A DNA stretch of 47,035 nt, from the NCBI GenBank assembly GCA_022452125.1, contig JAKURJ010000001.1, positions 1 through 47,035 of the forward strand, written 5' to 3'. Both the position numbers and the translations under genes were made by a program. This stretch comes from Candidatus Poseidoniaceae archaeon. Lineage in GTDB: Archaea; Thermoplasmatota; Poseidoniia; Poseidoniales; Poseidoniaceae. The notes under the pieces were generated by a model. That model was given only the letters and a program-made list of their open reading frames with translations. It was not told where the DNA came from and did no database searches. Shown here piece by piece: positions 18,001 through 26,747 of the stretch (within the stretch, counting starts at the first letter, position 1; each line of letters begins with the position of its first letter).

Positions 18001-18846
18001 CTACTTGGAAGAAAAGATCTCGGACTGAGAATACCTTCGGTACTGGAGGGAATTGTTCTTCTTTTGCTTGCTTCAAGACTTCTCACTTCTTTAATGGGAG
18101 TAGATAGTATCCAGCTAATTCCTACATTCAGTGATGAGTTGTCCTGGATAGTACCAGTAATTTCTTTGGAGGTATTCTTGGTTGTGGCCGTATTATTATT
18201 TGAATGGGTTGAATCAGAAAGAATCAAGCGCGGATTAGGAGACCACAGAGGAGCGATTGGACGGGTTTCATGGGCAGTAATGGCAATAGCGATTTCATTT
18301 GGAATTGCAGGAATTCTTGCTAGCATTTTTGCATTAAAGAACTCGATTAAATGGCTTCAACCCGCAGTCCCGGTTGGCCTAGCCCTGTTTTTGCCAATCA
18401 GTTGGAATGCCTTGGGAGGATGGATTTCAGTTCTTGATGGAACCACTGCAATATTCATGATAGTTCTAGGCACCATAGGGCTAGTCTCATCAATATACAG
18501 TGTAATTAGTGATAAGCAAATCTGGATTTCTTCTGGTCTATGGGTAGGACATTTGCTGATACCTTCTGGCGCATTTGGACACTATGAACATACGACAGTA
18601 CTGATGATGACACTGATGCTGGTTGTATCAACAACATCTTGGTTAATCGGTGTAATTACATTGCGCCGTGGATGGAGAGTACTTGGTGCTCTTGACTTAA
18701 TTTTAGCATGGATTGTTGCAGGCATCCTCATGCTATCAGGGGCAACATCTCTAATGCTACTGATTATGTTGATGGCAACAGCAGTATTACTCGGATTAGT
18801 CACTTGGTTAGGTCAAAAGTTTGAGGCCGAATTAGCCAATACCTAG
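15046..18846 (+). CDS. very large polytopic integral membrane protein, function unknown
   Basis: This is a 1266-aa ORF. An acidic N-terminal ~100 aa is followed by dozens of hydrophobic helices. They are interrupted by one charged, coiled-coil-like segment (RSRLKQVSQRDERLEKYLARQELKSQVEQE...QKKRSLRRSSS, about nt 17455-17650). The track start is GTG. The ATG at 15082 (MEKESEDE) is an alternative start. Confidence 0.6.
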   Translation: MILKANSNGAPSMEKESEDEILSKRNFETDSGVNLDKFLIKSVVEEEAPKEADETQEKEIDVAVGEVAEIFSRGDAPSRINRDGTVDDAPEVDSVTEYAMEGEKRLHYGLMISMIVVWSAIGTIVGTSPIFSHTISAIGLFLMAGFGMWLGQIWIPQERMHLLGVTWVIISMKILYGLAISMYAWEWIGETELGASLLGLVTLNIAIAQYHDEDAIATQATLVLLAIGSAAGGPYGEEGVAIMIGIGTLLFHGLAYLRSSGNLASLGIAVSYLWIGLHAISNDWVIFGIEIKPFNDELLLFLLMFGVTGINAVTATRFAKAENWFSSAFKAMGLGKPGLWSVSVGLGMIGALLAIASNRLETGYALAQLILLLSAFTPSYLVVRGESWQRLQRYALWPAPVLLAILILMVRGVIDAPFSEPWSIYAVFSAAITTFAILNHQHAVSDHVLWIGSIVIVILLTLLIPADQTSMARVLLACQAVVWIGLAFLAIQRDSPSLAGTATLAPWFWLVLFVSNLEGRLISVDILPMNFSEHDVSIYLIALLLIQIPLNFKLGESGVNLAGRLVGMSELSARMRDSGMMRLWNISFITIICSMLFITGPGIVPSYGVISVMGLLLIYHSIAMRMDRHQGTPRTILVSWAIAALVLQWRFGFGAIWIALFGISSVLIISWSEINAKRLMEGEKLSHQALMPGNLISIVLGFIAIMLMIIGLDEPLSSILSHSDKFPSDIANLRLASFAAISTVVGLYLPRASTLERLLPSAVASIAVLVTVGLASVSLEDDMTLYLAGISFIVTGAWLSAQGEIRSRLKQVSQRDERLEKYLARQELKSQVEQESEGSQIKMIDAELLQLSELQKKRSLRRSSSGDYDLVVGDIHHKPTIVISFIIVTILVGVFFAWTSGESLPAIAVSSFVSVLFIGIARWRADQVNLQLPDIMGIESPVAITMAGLTLIQIAGRLGDANVTQEYQWEILVLLVALIILASISLLGRKDLGLRIPSVLEGIVLLLLASRLLTSLMGVDSIQLIPTFSDELSWIVPVISLEVFLVVAVLLFEWVESERIKRGLGDHRGAIGRVSWAVMAIAISFGIAGILASIFALKNSIKWLQPAVPVGLALFLPISWNALGGWISVLDGTTAIFMIVLGTIGLVSSIYSVISDKQIWISSGLWVGHLLIPSGAFGHYEHTTVLMMTLMLVVSTTSWLIGVITLRRGWRVLGALDLILAWIVAGILMLSGATSLMLLIMLMATAVLLGLVTWLGQKFEAELANT

Positions 18847-20375
18847 TCGAACAATTGTTCGCGCAATGTCAGGATAATTTTTTCCATTGCTTCCAATGCA
18901 TTGGAATAATCCTTTCCAGAAGCAACTCTTAGCGAGACATTTGTTTTGGCTTGTGTACCAGAGTTTCGAATTCCTAAAGAAATACCATCGAGTTCAAGCA
19001 ACATTAGGTTCGCTTCTCCAACCAAACCACTGCGCTTCATTTCACCCAATTTTTTGTTAGCGATGAATTCAACAGTATTCGCTAAATCATTTTCTCCAGT
19101 CCATCTGGATCTGTTGGAAGGAGAAATTGAAACCCTGCGTTTGAATCCTTTCGCAAAAGCGGGAGCTCTCTTTTCGCAGGCCACTGCGCACAGGACAGCT
19201 AGCATGCTAGCGACTCCGTCTCCGACGAGACATCTCCCACCTTGCGGATGAGGAGAAGCCATCACCAAGTGCCCCGAATCTTCCACGCCTAGAATATTGC
19301 AGTCAGACGATTTTAGCGCATGAGATAGCCACCTATCTCCAACCGCAGTTTGAGAAAATAGCACCTCAGCATCTAGTCGACCTAGCGACGAGATTAGGGA
19401 TAAATCGGATTCTATGCTTGCAGCCAAGTGCCATTCACCATTGGCCGAGCGAAGTATGTGGTCTGCCATTTCATCGCCATCAACAATTCTGCAGCCAGTT
19501 TCTGTAGATTCTATGAATAGGCATCTATCGCCGTCTCCATCTAATGCAGCAGCGATGATTTTGCCAGCACTAGTTCTCTGCAGCGAGTTGATGAGCACAT
19601 GCTCATCTTTTGCCGCTTCTTCCCATGTCCAAGAATCAGTGGGGCTAAATTCTCCTGCCCCACAGTTTTCATTCAACGCATTGGCTTGAGTGGAAACTTC
19701 CTCTGCTTCAATGCCTGCTTTGCCAAGAAAATCTGACAGCCATTCACTTGCTGCACCCTTGGATGAATCGATGAAAATCTTCTCAAGAGATGGCGGTGCG
19801 AACATCCCACAGAACTCGGCCAATCTCACAACTAGCAGATTTTGATGTGCCAAATCGGCATCGAAACACGAATCGGGTTTTGATAAATCCGAGAGTTCAC
19901 TTTCGTCCACTTCTCTTTCTTCTGCAGCTAGTTGAACTACCAACTCTGAGATTTCTTTTTCTAGTGACGGACTAGTTTTGAATCCAGAGGAGTCAAAGAT
20001 TTTGATACCGGAATCTGAAACGGGATTGTGACTAGCAGTAATCATGCAGCCCAGTGCAGAACCTGTTTCCAGCAGAGCGTTGTGCAAGCCAGGCGTTGCA
20101 CAAATCCCACCATGGATTACAGTACATCCTCCCAAATGCAATCCGGTTGTTAATGATGCAACCAGTTCGAGATTTCTTGGGCGATTATCCCATCCAATGA
20201 TTACCTTAGAGCCCACAGAAACATTCCTAGAAAGGGCCTCGCCAACCAGTTTCAACAGTCTTGGAGAGATTTTACGATCATCTACCAGATACGAAATTGC
20301 ATCTTCGTCATTGCTTGGAGAATCTACAACTTCGCCACGGATTCCATCAGTGCCGAATAGCATGAAATCACCCAA
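18843..20375 (-). CDS. glmM: phosphohexomutase (phosphoglucosamine mutase / phosphomannomutase family)
   Basis: It has FGTDGIRG at the N-terminus, the active-site loop TASHNP and the metal loop DGDGDRC. Sugar specificity cannot be read from the sequence. The GlmM call leans on the 8-nt overlap with the upstream LbH acetyltransferase gene. Confidence 0.7.
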   Translation of the reverse strand: MGDFMLFGTDGIRGEVVDSPSNDEDAISYLVDDRKISPRLLKLVGEALSRNVSVGSKVIIGWDNRPRNLELVASLTTGLHLGGCTVIHGGICATPGLHNALLETGSALGCMITASHNPVSDSGIKIFDSSGFKTSPSLEKEISELVVQLAAEEREVDESELSDLSKPDSCFDADLAHQNLLVVRLAEFCGMFAPPSLEKIFIDSSKGAASEWLSDFLGKAGIEAEEVSTQANALNENCGAGEFSPTDSWTWEEAAKDEHVLINSLQRTSAGKIIAAALDGDGDRCLFIESTETGCRIVDGDEMADHILRSANGEWHLAASIESDLSLISSLGRLDAEVLFSQTAVGDRWLSHALKSSDCNILGVEDSGHLVMASPHPQGGRCLVGDGVASMLAVLCAVACEKRAPAFAKGFKRRVSISPSNRSRWTGENDLANTVEFIANKKLGEMKRSGLVGEANLMLLELDGISLGIRNSGTQAKTNVSLRVASGKDYSNALEAMEKIILTLREQLFD

Positions 20376-21027
20376 TTGTAGAATCGGAGGAGTGAACTCC
20401 TGTTACCGTAGTATTAGGCATAACCATGCATCTTGGGCCTAGCACTACGCCCGGATTAGTTACTGCGTTGCAGCCCAATTGGCACCCTTCGCCCAATATT
20501 GCACCGAATTTTCGCAGACCAGTAGCGAATCTTTCACCATCAACACGAGTGTGGACTTCTCCACCATCGTTTCTAAGATTGGAAAGCTTGACTCCTGCTC
20601 CGAGGTTAACATCCGGCCCTAACACCGAATCTCCAACGTAATTGAAATGCGGCGCTTTAGCACCTGGAAGAAGGACACTGTGTTTGACTTCGCTTGCATG
20701 GCCAACCAATGCGCCGCCGCAAATCCAAGAGAATTCTCGGATGTAAGCTCCGTGCCTAATAACTGCACAAGGTCCGATATACGCAGGTCCAATGATATGG
20801 ACAGAGGGCTCGATTGTGGCACTATCGTGAATATGGACAGGGCCTTTGGAAGAATCGATACTAACTCCTTCTCTTGTTAGTTCGCCTACATCAGCAAGCA
20901 TATCTGCCATCTGACCTTTCAGTGTAGGCAAAACCGACCAAACAGGACCACTTGGAAAACAAGGTTGACGTCCGATTGACTCGTCTAAAGACGGCCAAAG
21001 GTCATCCGCTTCAGGGGCGCTCATCAA
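20368..21027 (-). CDS. left-handed beta-helix (hexapeptide-repeat) acyl/acetyltransferase, GlmU C-terminal-domain-like
   Basis: It shows imperfect hexapeptide repeats (IGPAYIGPCAVIRHGAYI, VGDSVLGPDVNLGAGVKLSN, ILGEGCQLGCNAV). There is no N-terminal nucleotidyltransferase domain, since the protein is only 219 aa. Confidence 0.7.
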   Translation of the reverse strand: MMSAPEADDLWPSLDESIGRQPCFPSGPVWSVLPTLKGQMADMLADVGELTREGVSIDSSKGPVHIHDSATIEPSVHIIGPAYIGPCAVIRHGAYIREFSWICGGALVGHASEVKHSVLLPGAKAPHFNYVGDSVLGPDVNLGAGVKLSNLRNDGGEVHTRVDGERFATGLRKFGAILGEGCQLGCNAVTNPGVVLGPRCMVMPNTTVTGVHSSDSTIG

Positions 21028-21059
21028 AGCACCCCATTACCAACAGCGATTTGACCTTT

Positions 21060-21323
21060 TCAGGATACGCTGTAGATTCTCTTGCCTGTTGAGCGGTCAA
21101 GTTGGAATCCAACGATGTTCTTCAGATACCTAGGAATGAAGAATCCGACCTTCCTAGATGTTAATCCGTGGTTTCTCATTCTCAATGTGTTTGAGAGATG
21201 ATCTACAATATCAGCTGCAGAGCATCCTGGGTTTCTGGAAACATATTCTGTAATTTCCATCTTCAGACGCTCAAGTCTCGCACTTTTCTGTGAACCCCTT
21301 CCATTCATGTGTTGTAATAGCAC
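21060..21323 (-). CDS. small putative winged-helix DNA-binding protein
   Basis: The 87-aa basic protein contains ITEYVSRNPGCSAADIVDHLSNTL, which looks like a helix-turn-helix. The call is weak. Confidence 0.35.
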   Translation of the reverse strand: MLLQHMNGRGSQKSARLERLKMEITEYVSRNPGCSAADIVDHLSNTLRMRNHGLTSRKVGFFIPRYLKNIVGFQLDRSTGKRIYSVS

Positions 21324-21421
21324 TGCGCACTATATTGACTCAAAGAGGGAAAGCCCGGGGTCCCCGAGTTTGCGATGAACTGTGAAGTAAAATTAATAAC
21401 AATTTTTGGATTGGTAATAAT

Positions 21422-22369
21422 ATGGCCAAGTCGACTATGGTATACCTAATCGTCATGGTCTTGCTGACCTTCCCCCTGACAGGATGTGTAGAAGAGGCCA
21501 TAGAAGAGAAAAAAATCCAAGCAGAGGAATTAATTGAGGTTGAAAATCCGTGCTTGATGCCTTCGGAACCCGTCTTACAGTCAATGACAACAATTCCTGC
21601 GCATGGAGTTGACAGGTATTTCCGACTAACTGTGCCAAGTTCAGAAGCTGGAACAATGCTGCCAATCGTTTTGGCTTTCCATGGCGGCGGCGGCGCAGAG
21701 GAAGATTTCCCACAACAAGATGAATTCGATGCTCTAGCAGAACAGGAGAAATTCATCATGGCATATGTGATTGCCGAAGCAGATAGGACTGCAGAAGAAG
21801 GGGAGTGGTTCCTCAACTCAGCAGCAACATCCAGGGATGACAATGATTTCTCAGAAGCAATTGTAAACGAGCTCTCAAAATCTTACTGCATCGACGAGGA
21901 TAGGCTGTATGCAGTTGGTTATTCACTGGGTTCGATGTTCACTTACGAAATAGCATGCCAACTGAATTCCAAATTTGCTGCAGTTGCATCGTTTGCAGGA
22001 ACAATGCCTGTGAGCCCAGAAACTTGCAATCTTTACGGCAGTATGGGAGTGATGCACATACATGGCAAACTAGACCTTCTCATAGATTATGATGAAGACT
22101 GGGATTGGAAAGACGGAGAACATGAGGGAGTTGGGACGATGAGTAACATTCCTGGAATGATCGACTACTGGGCTGATAAGTCAGACTGTCAAGACGAAAA
22201 TTCACATTATCACTTAGACGTGGAACACATCGTTCACAGTCAATGTTCATATGGTGTATTAGTGGAACACTACGGTCTAGAGTTTGGAGGACACGGTTGG
22301 CCAGAAGAGGTTGCTGGCATCGAAACTTACCAACTAATGTGGCAATTTTTGTTCCAATTCACAAACTGA
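21422..22369 (+). CDS. secreted alpha/beta-hydrolase esterase (PHB-depolymerase / LpqC-like family), lipoprotein-type signal
   Basis: The signal peptide ends LTGC. It has an AFHGGGG oxyanion region, the nucleophile elbow GYSLGS and a late HG..D...HGW segment. Confidence 0.6.
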   Translation: MAKSTMVYLIVMVLLTFPLTGCVEEAIEEKKIQAEELIEVENPCLMPSEPVLQSMTTIPAHGVDRYFRLTVPSSEAGTMLPIVLAFHGGGGAEEDFPQQDEFDALAEQEKFIMAYVIAEADRTAEEGEWFLNSAATSRDDNDFSEAIVNELSKSYCIDEDRLYAVGYSLGSMFTYEIACQLNSKFAAVASFAGTMPVSPETCNLYGSMGVMHIHGKLDLLIDYDEDWDWKDGEHEGVGTMSNIPGMIDYWADKSDCQDENSHYHLDVEHIVHSQCSYGVLVEHYGLEFGGHGWPEEVAGIETYQLMWQFLFQFTN

Positions 22370-22399
22370 TTGAGTCCTATCCAACTTAGGATTATTGAA

Positions 22400-23233
22400 T
22401 CACAAGAAGTCTAGGATTTGATCCCATTTGAATGACGAACCTCTTCTGAAGAGATTGTCATGGAATTCTGTTTGAGGATAGTGTGCACAACGAATAACTC
22501 TCCCTCGACTATTGTAGCAGCCTGAACGGGTGTTGATTGGCACCATTATTGTCGACAAATCTAGAGCAGGGCCATTGGGCGCAGGCGTGCTAACTTCGAC
22601 CTTTTCTTCAATACCATCCCAGGAAATTTCATCCAATTTAGGAGGCATTAATTCTATGTCGTTTTCTAATCTGATTAAACCCTCAGCAAGGCGCTTAGGA
22701 GCCCATGTGTTAGAAAATGCACCATCAAGCCAAGCAACTAATTTCTTCATGTCGGGCAACTCTAGCAAAGTGATGAAAGAACGTTCCCACCACCCCGGAG
22801 ATCTCGCCAATGTTACATGGTGAATACCCGGTTGAATATCTCTAGCGTCCAGATTATCAGCCCATGTTCTGCATATCCCTTCTAGCCTAACCGGAATGAT
22901 TGGCATGTCTGGAGCCATTAGGTCACAAAGCCGATACGGGTTAGCTAATTCTCCAACAATTAGCAAGGGCCTTCGCTTTTCCAAATCAATAATGTCTTTG
23001 ACCCTCTTTCCGTTCTCTAGCGTGAATTTCCCAACATAATCTTTCAGACCGTTCAAGTCCAAACTATCTGTTTCGGGCATTGCTGGGAATGACATTTCGC
23101 TTAACTCTGCAGACGTGAAAAACATCGGCTGCGAAGGCAATGGGAGTGGCGAGTTACCCGGAGGGTTAGCCCATAACCGAGGAGAGTTCGCCATGGCTAA
23201 CCCACCGTCGAGATGTTGTTGAAACTTGCTCAC
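22400..23233 (-). CDS. hypothetical protein
   Basis: It is a long ORF with ordinary amino-acid composition. I recognised no motif. Confidence 0.4.
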   Translation of the reverse strand: MSKFQQHLDGGLAMANSPRLWANPPGNSPLPLPSQPMFFTSAELSEMSFPAMPETDSLDLNGLKDYVGKFTLENGKRVKDIIDLEKRRPLLIVGELANPYRLCDLMAPDMPIIPVRLEGICRTWADNLDARDIQPGIHHVTLARSPGWWERSFITLLELPDMKKLVAWLDGAFSNTWAPKRLAEGLIRLENDIELMPPKLDEISWDGIEEKVEVSTPAPNGPALDLSTIMVPINTRSGCYNSRGRVIRCAHYPQTEFHDNLFRRGSSFKWDQILDFL

Positions 23234-23301
23234 AACTAGAACCGGTGTATGGAGATGCAGTCAGAACGAACCTTCAATGGGAATGAGGTCAACGCACTTT
23301 C

Positions 23302-23733
23302 ATGGCGCTTCCACAAGATGTACTAGCCCGTCTAGCAAGTCTATCGGGCTACGACCAAATGTTAGAGATGGATGCTGTAAGCAGAACTCACGGGGTTGGG
23401 TTGGCTGAAATTGAATCTCAAATCGCTGCATACAAGGCAGGAGCTACACAGCAACAAGCGACCAATCCGGTTGCAGATTTTGACCCGGTTGCAAGCAAGG
23501 AATTGGTGGACTTAGAAAATGCACAACCAGTCAACACTGGACCCAACTACATCGATAATCCTGACCAGTATCGAATGAAGTACGACCCCTCTGCTAGAGG
23601 CCAGGCCAATCAATCTCAAGTCAATCAAGCAATAATGTGTCCAGCTTGTTCAGCACCACTTGGTATACCAGACATTAGGCCAATCAAGGTAACATGCCCG
23701 CAGTGCATGCACGAAGTGGTATTCCACTCTTGA
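23302..23733 (+). CDS. hypothetical protein with C-terminal zinc ribbon
   Basis: It has a CPACS...(19 aa)...CPQC four-Cys ribbon at the C-terminus and a Q/N/P-rich linker. Confidence 0.4.
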   Translation: MALPQDVLARLASLSGYDQMLEMDAVSRTHGVGLAEIESQIAAYKAGATQQQATNPVADFDPVASKELVDLENAQPVNTGPNYIDNPDQYRMKYDPSARGQANQSQVNQAIMCPACSAPLGIPDIRPIKVTCPQCMHEVVFHS

Positions 23734-24852
23734 TTAGATACCCCAGTATCTTTCAGATTGGGCTTGTCTTGCCTGTACAGCACGAACAATAGTGGTAGTA
23801 ACCCACAGTACTGCGATCCACATTAGAGGCTCAAGCATGTCTTCCCATATCTCTTGAACTGTGAAGTTGTAACCTACTCCAGTCAACACATCCATTGCAA
23901 TCAGCAGCCCTTGGTCTAGGAATGAATAGACAACCATGCCGAACACAGCTAGGATGATCAGTCTTCCAGAGAACGAACCTTTCTTCAGACGCAGCAACAT
24001 AAATCCAGCAGTAGAGGTAAGGAATGCGATAACGATCCATGCTAGAGCAGAGTGGACAACACCAATCCAGACAACGGAAGTGTTAGTTGTCGCTTCAAGC
24101 TCGATGTATTTGTCATAGCCCATTGCTACAGCAAATATTGCGCTGAATACCGTAGTTGTCCACAGTAGTGAGGAGAACATAGCAGCGTCTGCGTTTTCTC
24201 TCATCTCTTGGGCTATTCTTCCAACAGTTGCTTCTATTCCAAGTCCCTTAGAGAGAATAAACAAACCAAACACAAGTGGAAGAGAACCGATTACAATTCC
24301 TCCTAGTGTATCCGGTAGCATTACACCAAGGCCGAAAATCGCCATGATTGCACCTAGAGGAACCAGCATCTTAGCTCGCCACTTTGGGTCTTCAAGTGCC
24401 TTAGCAATGTAGTAGTATGTTCCTTCAATACCCTTGGACTGTTTGACAATAATTTTCTGCACGTGGTCGATTCTAACTTGACTTTGGATAATCGGCAATA
24501 CAGATTCATCTTCTGCACCATCGGTCACCAAAATTGCTTGGTCAGGTTGGAATTCTGTTACAACTTCTTCTAATTGCGCTGCAATAGCTCGGTCTGAGCG
24601 TACGCCGACCTTCTCATCACCGGTTAGGATAGCGACTTCAACTTCGTCATTCTCACCATTGGTTTCATCGAGGTTATCGTGCTGATGTAGGGCTCCAAGG
24701 ATTGCGTTTGTATCGCTTTCCTCCGGGTCGGCAATACCTAATTTCAGCGCAGCGGTAAGAACCTGCTTTCGCCCTACGACAGGACCGCGAATCGCTGTTT
24801 TTTGACCAAGATCATTATCTCGGTCTACAGTTATCACTAGAGTCCTTGTCAT
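23734..24852 (-). CDS. DUF373-family archaeal membrane protein
   Basis: The N-terminal soluble domain begins TLVITVDRDNDLGQKT...IADPEESDTN, as I remember for DUF373. About six TM helices follow. Confidence 0.6.
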   Translation of the reverse strand: MTRTLVITVDRDNDLGQKTAIRGPVVGRKQVLTAALKLGIADPEESDTNAILGALHQHDNLDETNGENDEVEVAILTGDEKVGVRSDRAIAAQLEEVVTEFQPDQAILVTDGAEDESVLPIIQSQVRIDHVQKIIVKQSKGIEGTYYYIAKALEDPKWRAKMLVPLGAIMAIFGLGVMLPDTLGGIVIGSLPLVFGLFILSKGLGIEATVGRIAQEMRENADAAMFSSLLWTTTVFSAIFAVAMGYDKYIELEATTNTSVVWIGVVHSALAWIVIAFLTSTAGFMLLRLKKGSFSGRLIILAVFGMVVYSFLDQGLLIAMDVLTGVGYNFTVQEIWEDMLEPLMWIAVLWVTTTIVRAVQARQAQSERYWGI

Positions 24853-24897
24853 AGAGTCCCACCTCGGATATGTTAGCGCTGACGCGCTTCCTGTTCA

Positions 24898-26079
24898 TCA
24901 ACCATCGCCCGGTTTGGGCGGTTCGACATTAACTTCCAGACTTTCTTGTCGCTTTCGCCGCCTTTGTTTTGCGCGTATGTACTTCAAAGGATGATCCATC
25001 CATGGCTGGTCGCACAATTTGTCATCACCGGTTCGCACTGCACAGTTGTGATTGACTTTCAATTTTGAACATCCAGAAGGAGTGTACTCTCTTTCGTAAA
25101 GATGGTTCACTTGGTACGTAGTTGTGCCTTCACTGAAGTCAGGAGCGCCCCGGAAGAAATCGACAGTAGTCTCTTGTGGCAATCCTATGCATCTAGACAT
25201 TGAGCCTAGGAATACTCTTCCGAAGTGATTTACATTCACGCCTTCAGCAAGTTCACCGACAATCTTTCTCATACATGGTGGCCAATCATCTTCGCCAGCA
25301 CCGATTAGAGCAATGGTTTCAGCAGTCTTAGATGCAACTAGACCGCGTATCATTCCAACAGGTTCTGATAGCCTAATTAAGAGGCTCTCATCCATCTTTG
25401 TCATCTTTTCAAGGGCGTCTAGTTTGATGTCTTCTTTCATCCTTTCACGCAATAGTCTAGCGACTTTAGCTCTCGATGAATAACGGTCTCCCTCATCGTG
25501 TAATGTGACCCAGCCATCATTGATTTCACAATTAGGTAATCTCCAACGAGAACCTGTAATGCCTGTACACAATTCGATGAAATCGGAGAGGCCGATTTTC
25601 CAAACGCCTTTCTCGTCACACGAGATTTCAGAAAGGTAGGTGTTGGCAATAACTTGGATTGCTGGGTCCCTTTCTAAGATATGCTGTGCACGTTCAGCCT
25701 CAGCTTGTGCCCATCTGGAAATCAATCTCTCATCTTCGCTGGCACCCACTACAAGCCGAGCATAATAGAATGAAAACGCTTCAAGCAACCTTCCTTCTTC
25801 AGTATGGATGTCGCCGATTGAAGCAACCTCCACCCCATCTTTACTGTCAACCGAATCGACTAATCTTGATCTAGCTCTAATTCGCGCTCTATCCATCATG
25901 CTTCCATCTAGCAGTTCATCGATATCGATCCCATGCTTTACAGCCATGCTAGTAATCCAAGATTTCGCTTGTGGCAAGAAGGGATATCTTGCAAGCGTGA
26001 CCTCGTCAGTGAGGTCTGGAATAGTCATCGGCGTTGGCACGAATGATAATTCCAAGAGGAGGCATTTGAACCCTCTCAT
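24898..26079 (-). CDS. priL: DNA primase large subunit PriL
   Basis: It has the PriL N-terminal helical domain and a C-terminal Fe-S domain with DWPPCM plus three later Cys (GCSKL...NCAV...LCDQPW). The start is more likely M18 (MTIPDL, nt 26028), because the track start abuts the divergent mptE start. Confidence 0.8.
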   Translation of the reverse strand: MRGFKCLLLELSFVPTPMTIPDLTDEVTLARYPFLPQAKSWITSMAVKHGIDIDELLDGSMMDRARIRARSRLVDSVDSKDGVEVASIGDIHTEEGRLLEAFSFYYARLVVGASEDERLISRWAQAEAERAQHILERDPAIQVIANTYLSEISCDEKGVWKIGLSDFIELCTGITGSRWRLPNCEINDGWVTLHDEGDRYSSRAKVARLLRERMKEDIKLDALEKMTKMDESLLIRLSEPVGMIRGLVASKTAETIALIGAGEDDWPPCMRKIVGELAEGVNVNHFGRVFLGSMSRCIGLPQETTVDFFRGAPDFSEGTTTYQVNHLYEREYTPSGCSKLKVNHNCAVRTGDDKLCDQPWMDHPLKYIRAKQRRRKRQESLEVNVEPPKPGDG

Positions 26080-26081
26080 TC

Positions 26082-26747
26082 ATGTGGGGCATCGCTGTGG
26101 ACGGTGCGATGAAGCCAGTGAATCATGATTTGATTCTCATTCAAGATGAGATCAGAGAATCTTTCGACTGGACCCTCGAATCAGACTATGAAAGCGCGAC
26201 ATCTCTAGTTGCGCAATGCAATAATCCCACTCCATTACTGAGTTTCAAATCGAAGGTAACTGTCGTTGGAGCAGCAGCATCTCCTGGGATTGTTCCCGAG
26301 TACCCTACGATAGTTGCAGACGGGGCAATTGGTGCAATTTCAGATCTATCCAAGGTAGCATTGATTGTTACAGATGGAGACGGTACACCTCATCTTGAGA
26401 AAGCGCTGAACAAAGGGATTCCAATCTGCCTTCACGCACATGGAGACAATCAAGATTCATGGACAAGAATATTATCGATAATTGATGAAAACCAAGAGGT
26501 GTTATTGACTCATCAAACTCCATTTGAAATCGATGGAATGCACAACCCAGGTGGATTTACAGACGGCGACAGAGCAGTATGCATTGCGTTTGCTTTAGGC
26601 GCAACTGAAGTAGAATTGGTTGGATTCTCAATAGATGATGTTGGCCAGTGGTCTGGAGTAACAGATGAAAAACGAAAACTAATCAAGTTGAAGTGGATGT
26701 CTAAAGTGTTGCAAATTCTTTCCATGAGGGTTGATGATGAAGAGTAG
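26082..26747 (+). CDS. mptE: 6-hydroxymethyl-7,8-dihydropterin pyrophosphokinase, archaeal MptE type (DUF115)
   Basis: The motifs VVGAAASPG, IVADGA, VTDGDG, HAHGDN and GGFTDGDRA appear in the order expected for MptE/DUF115. An alternative start is the ATG at 26109. Confidence 0.65.
   Translation: MWGIAVDGAMKPVNHDLILIQDEIRESFDWTLESDYESATSLVAQCNNPTPLLSFKSKVTVVGAAASPGIVPEYPTIVADGAIGAISDLSKVALIVTDGDGTPHLEKALNKGIPICLHAHGDNQDSWTRILSIIDENQEVLLTHQTPFEIDGMHNPGGFTDGDRAVCIAFALGATEVELVGFSIDDVGQWSGVTDEKRKLIKLKWMSKVLQILSMRVDDEE

Noticed and set aside
21340-21843. A 167-aa - strand ORF overlapping the 5' half of the esterase gene.
   Set aside because: The + strand ORF has a signal peptide, an oxyanion HGGG and a GxSxG nucleophile elbow in the right order. 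The - strand ORF is S/A-rich nonsense.
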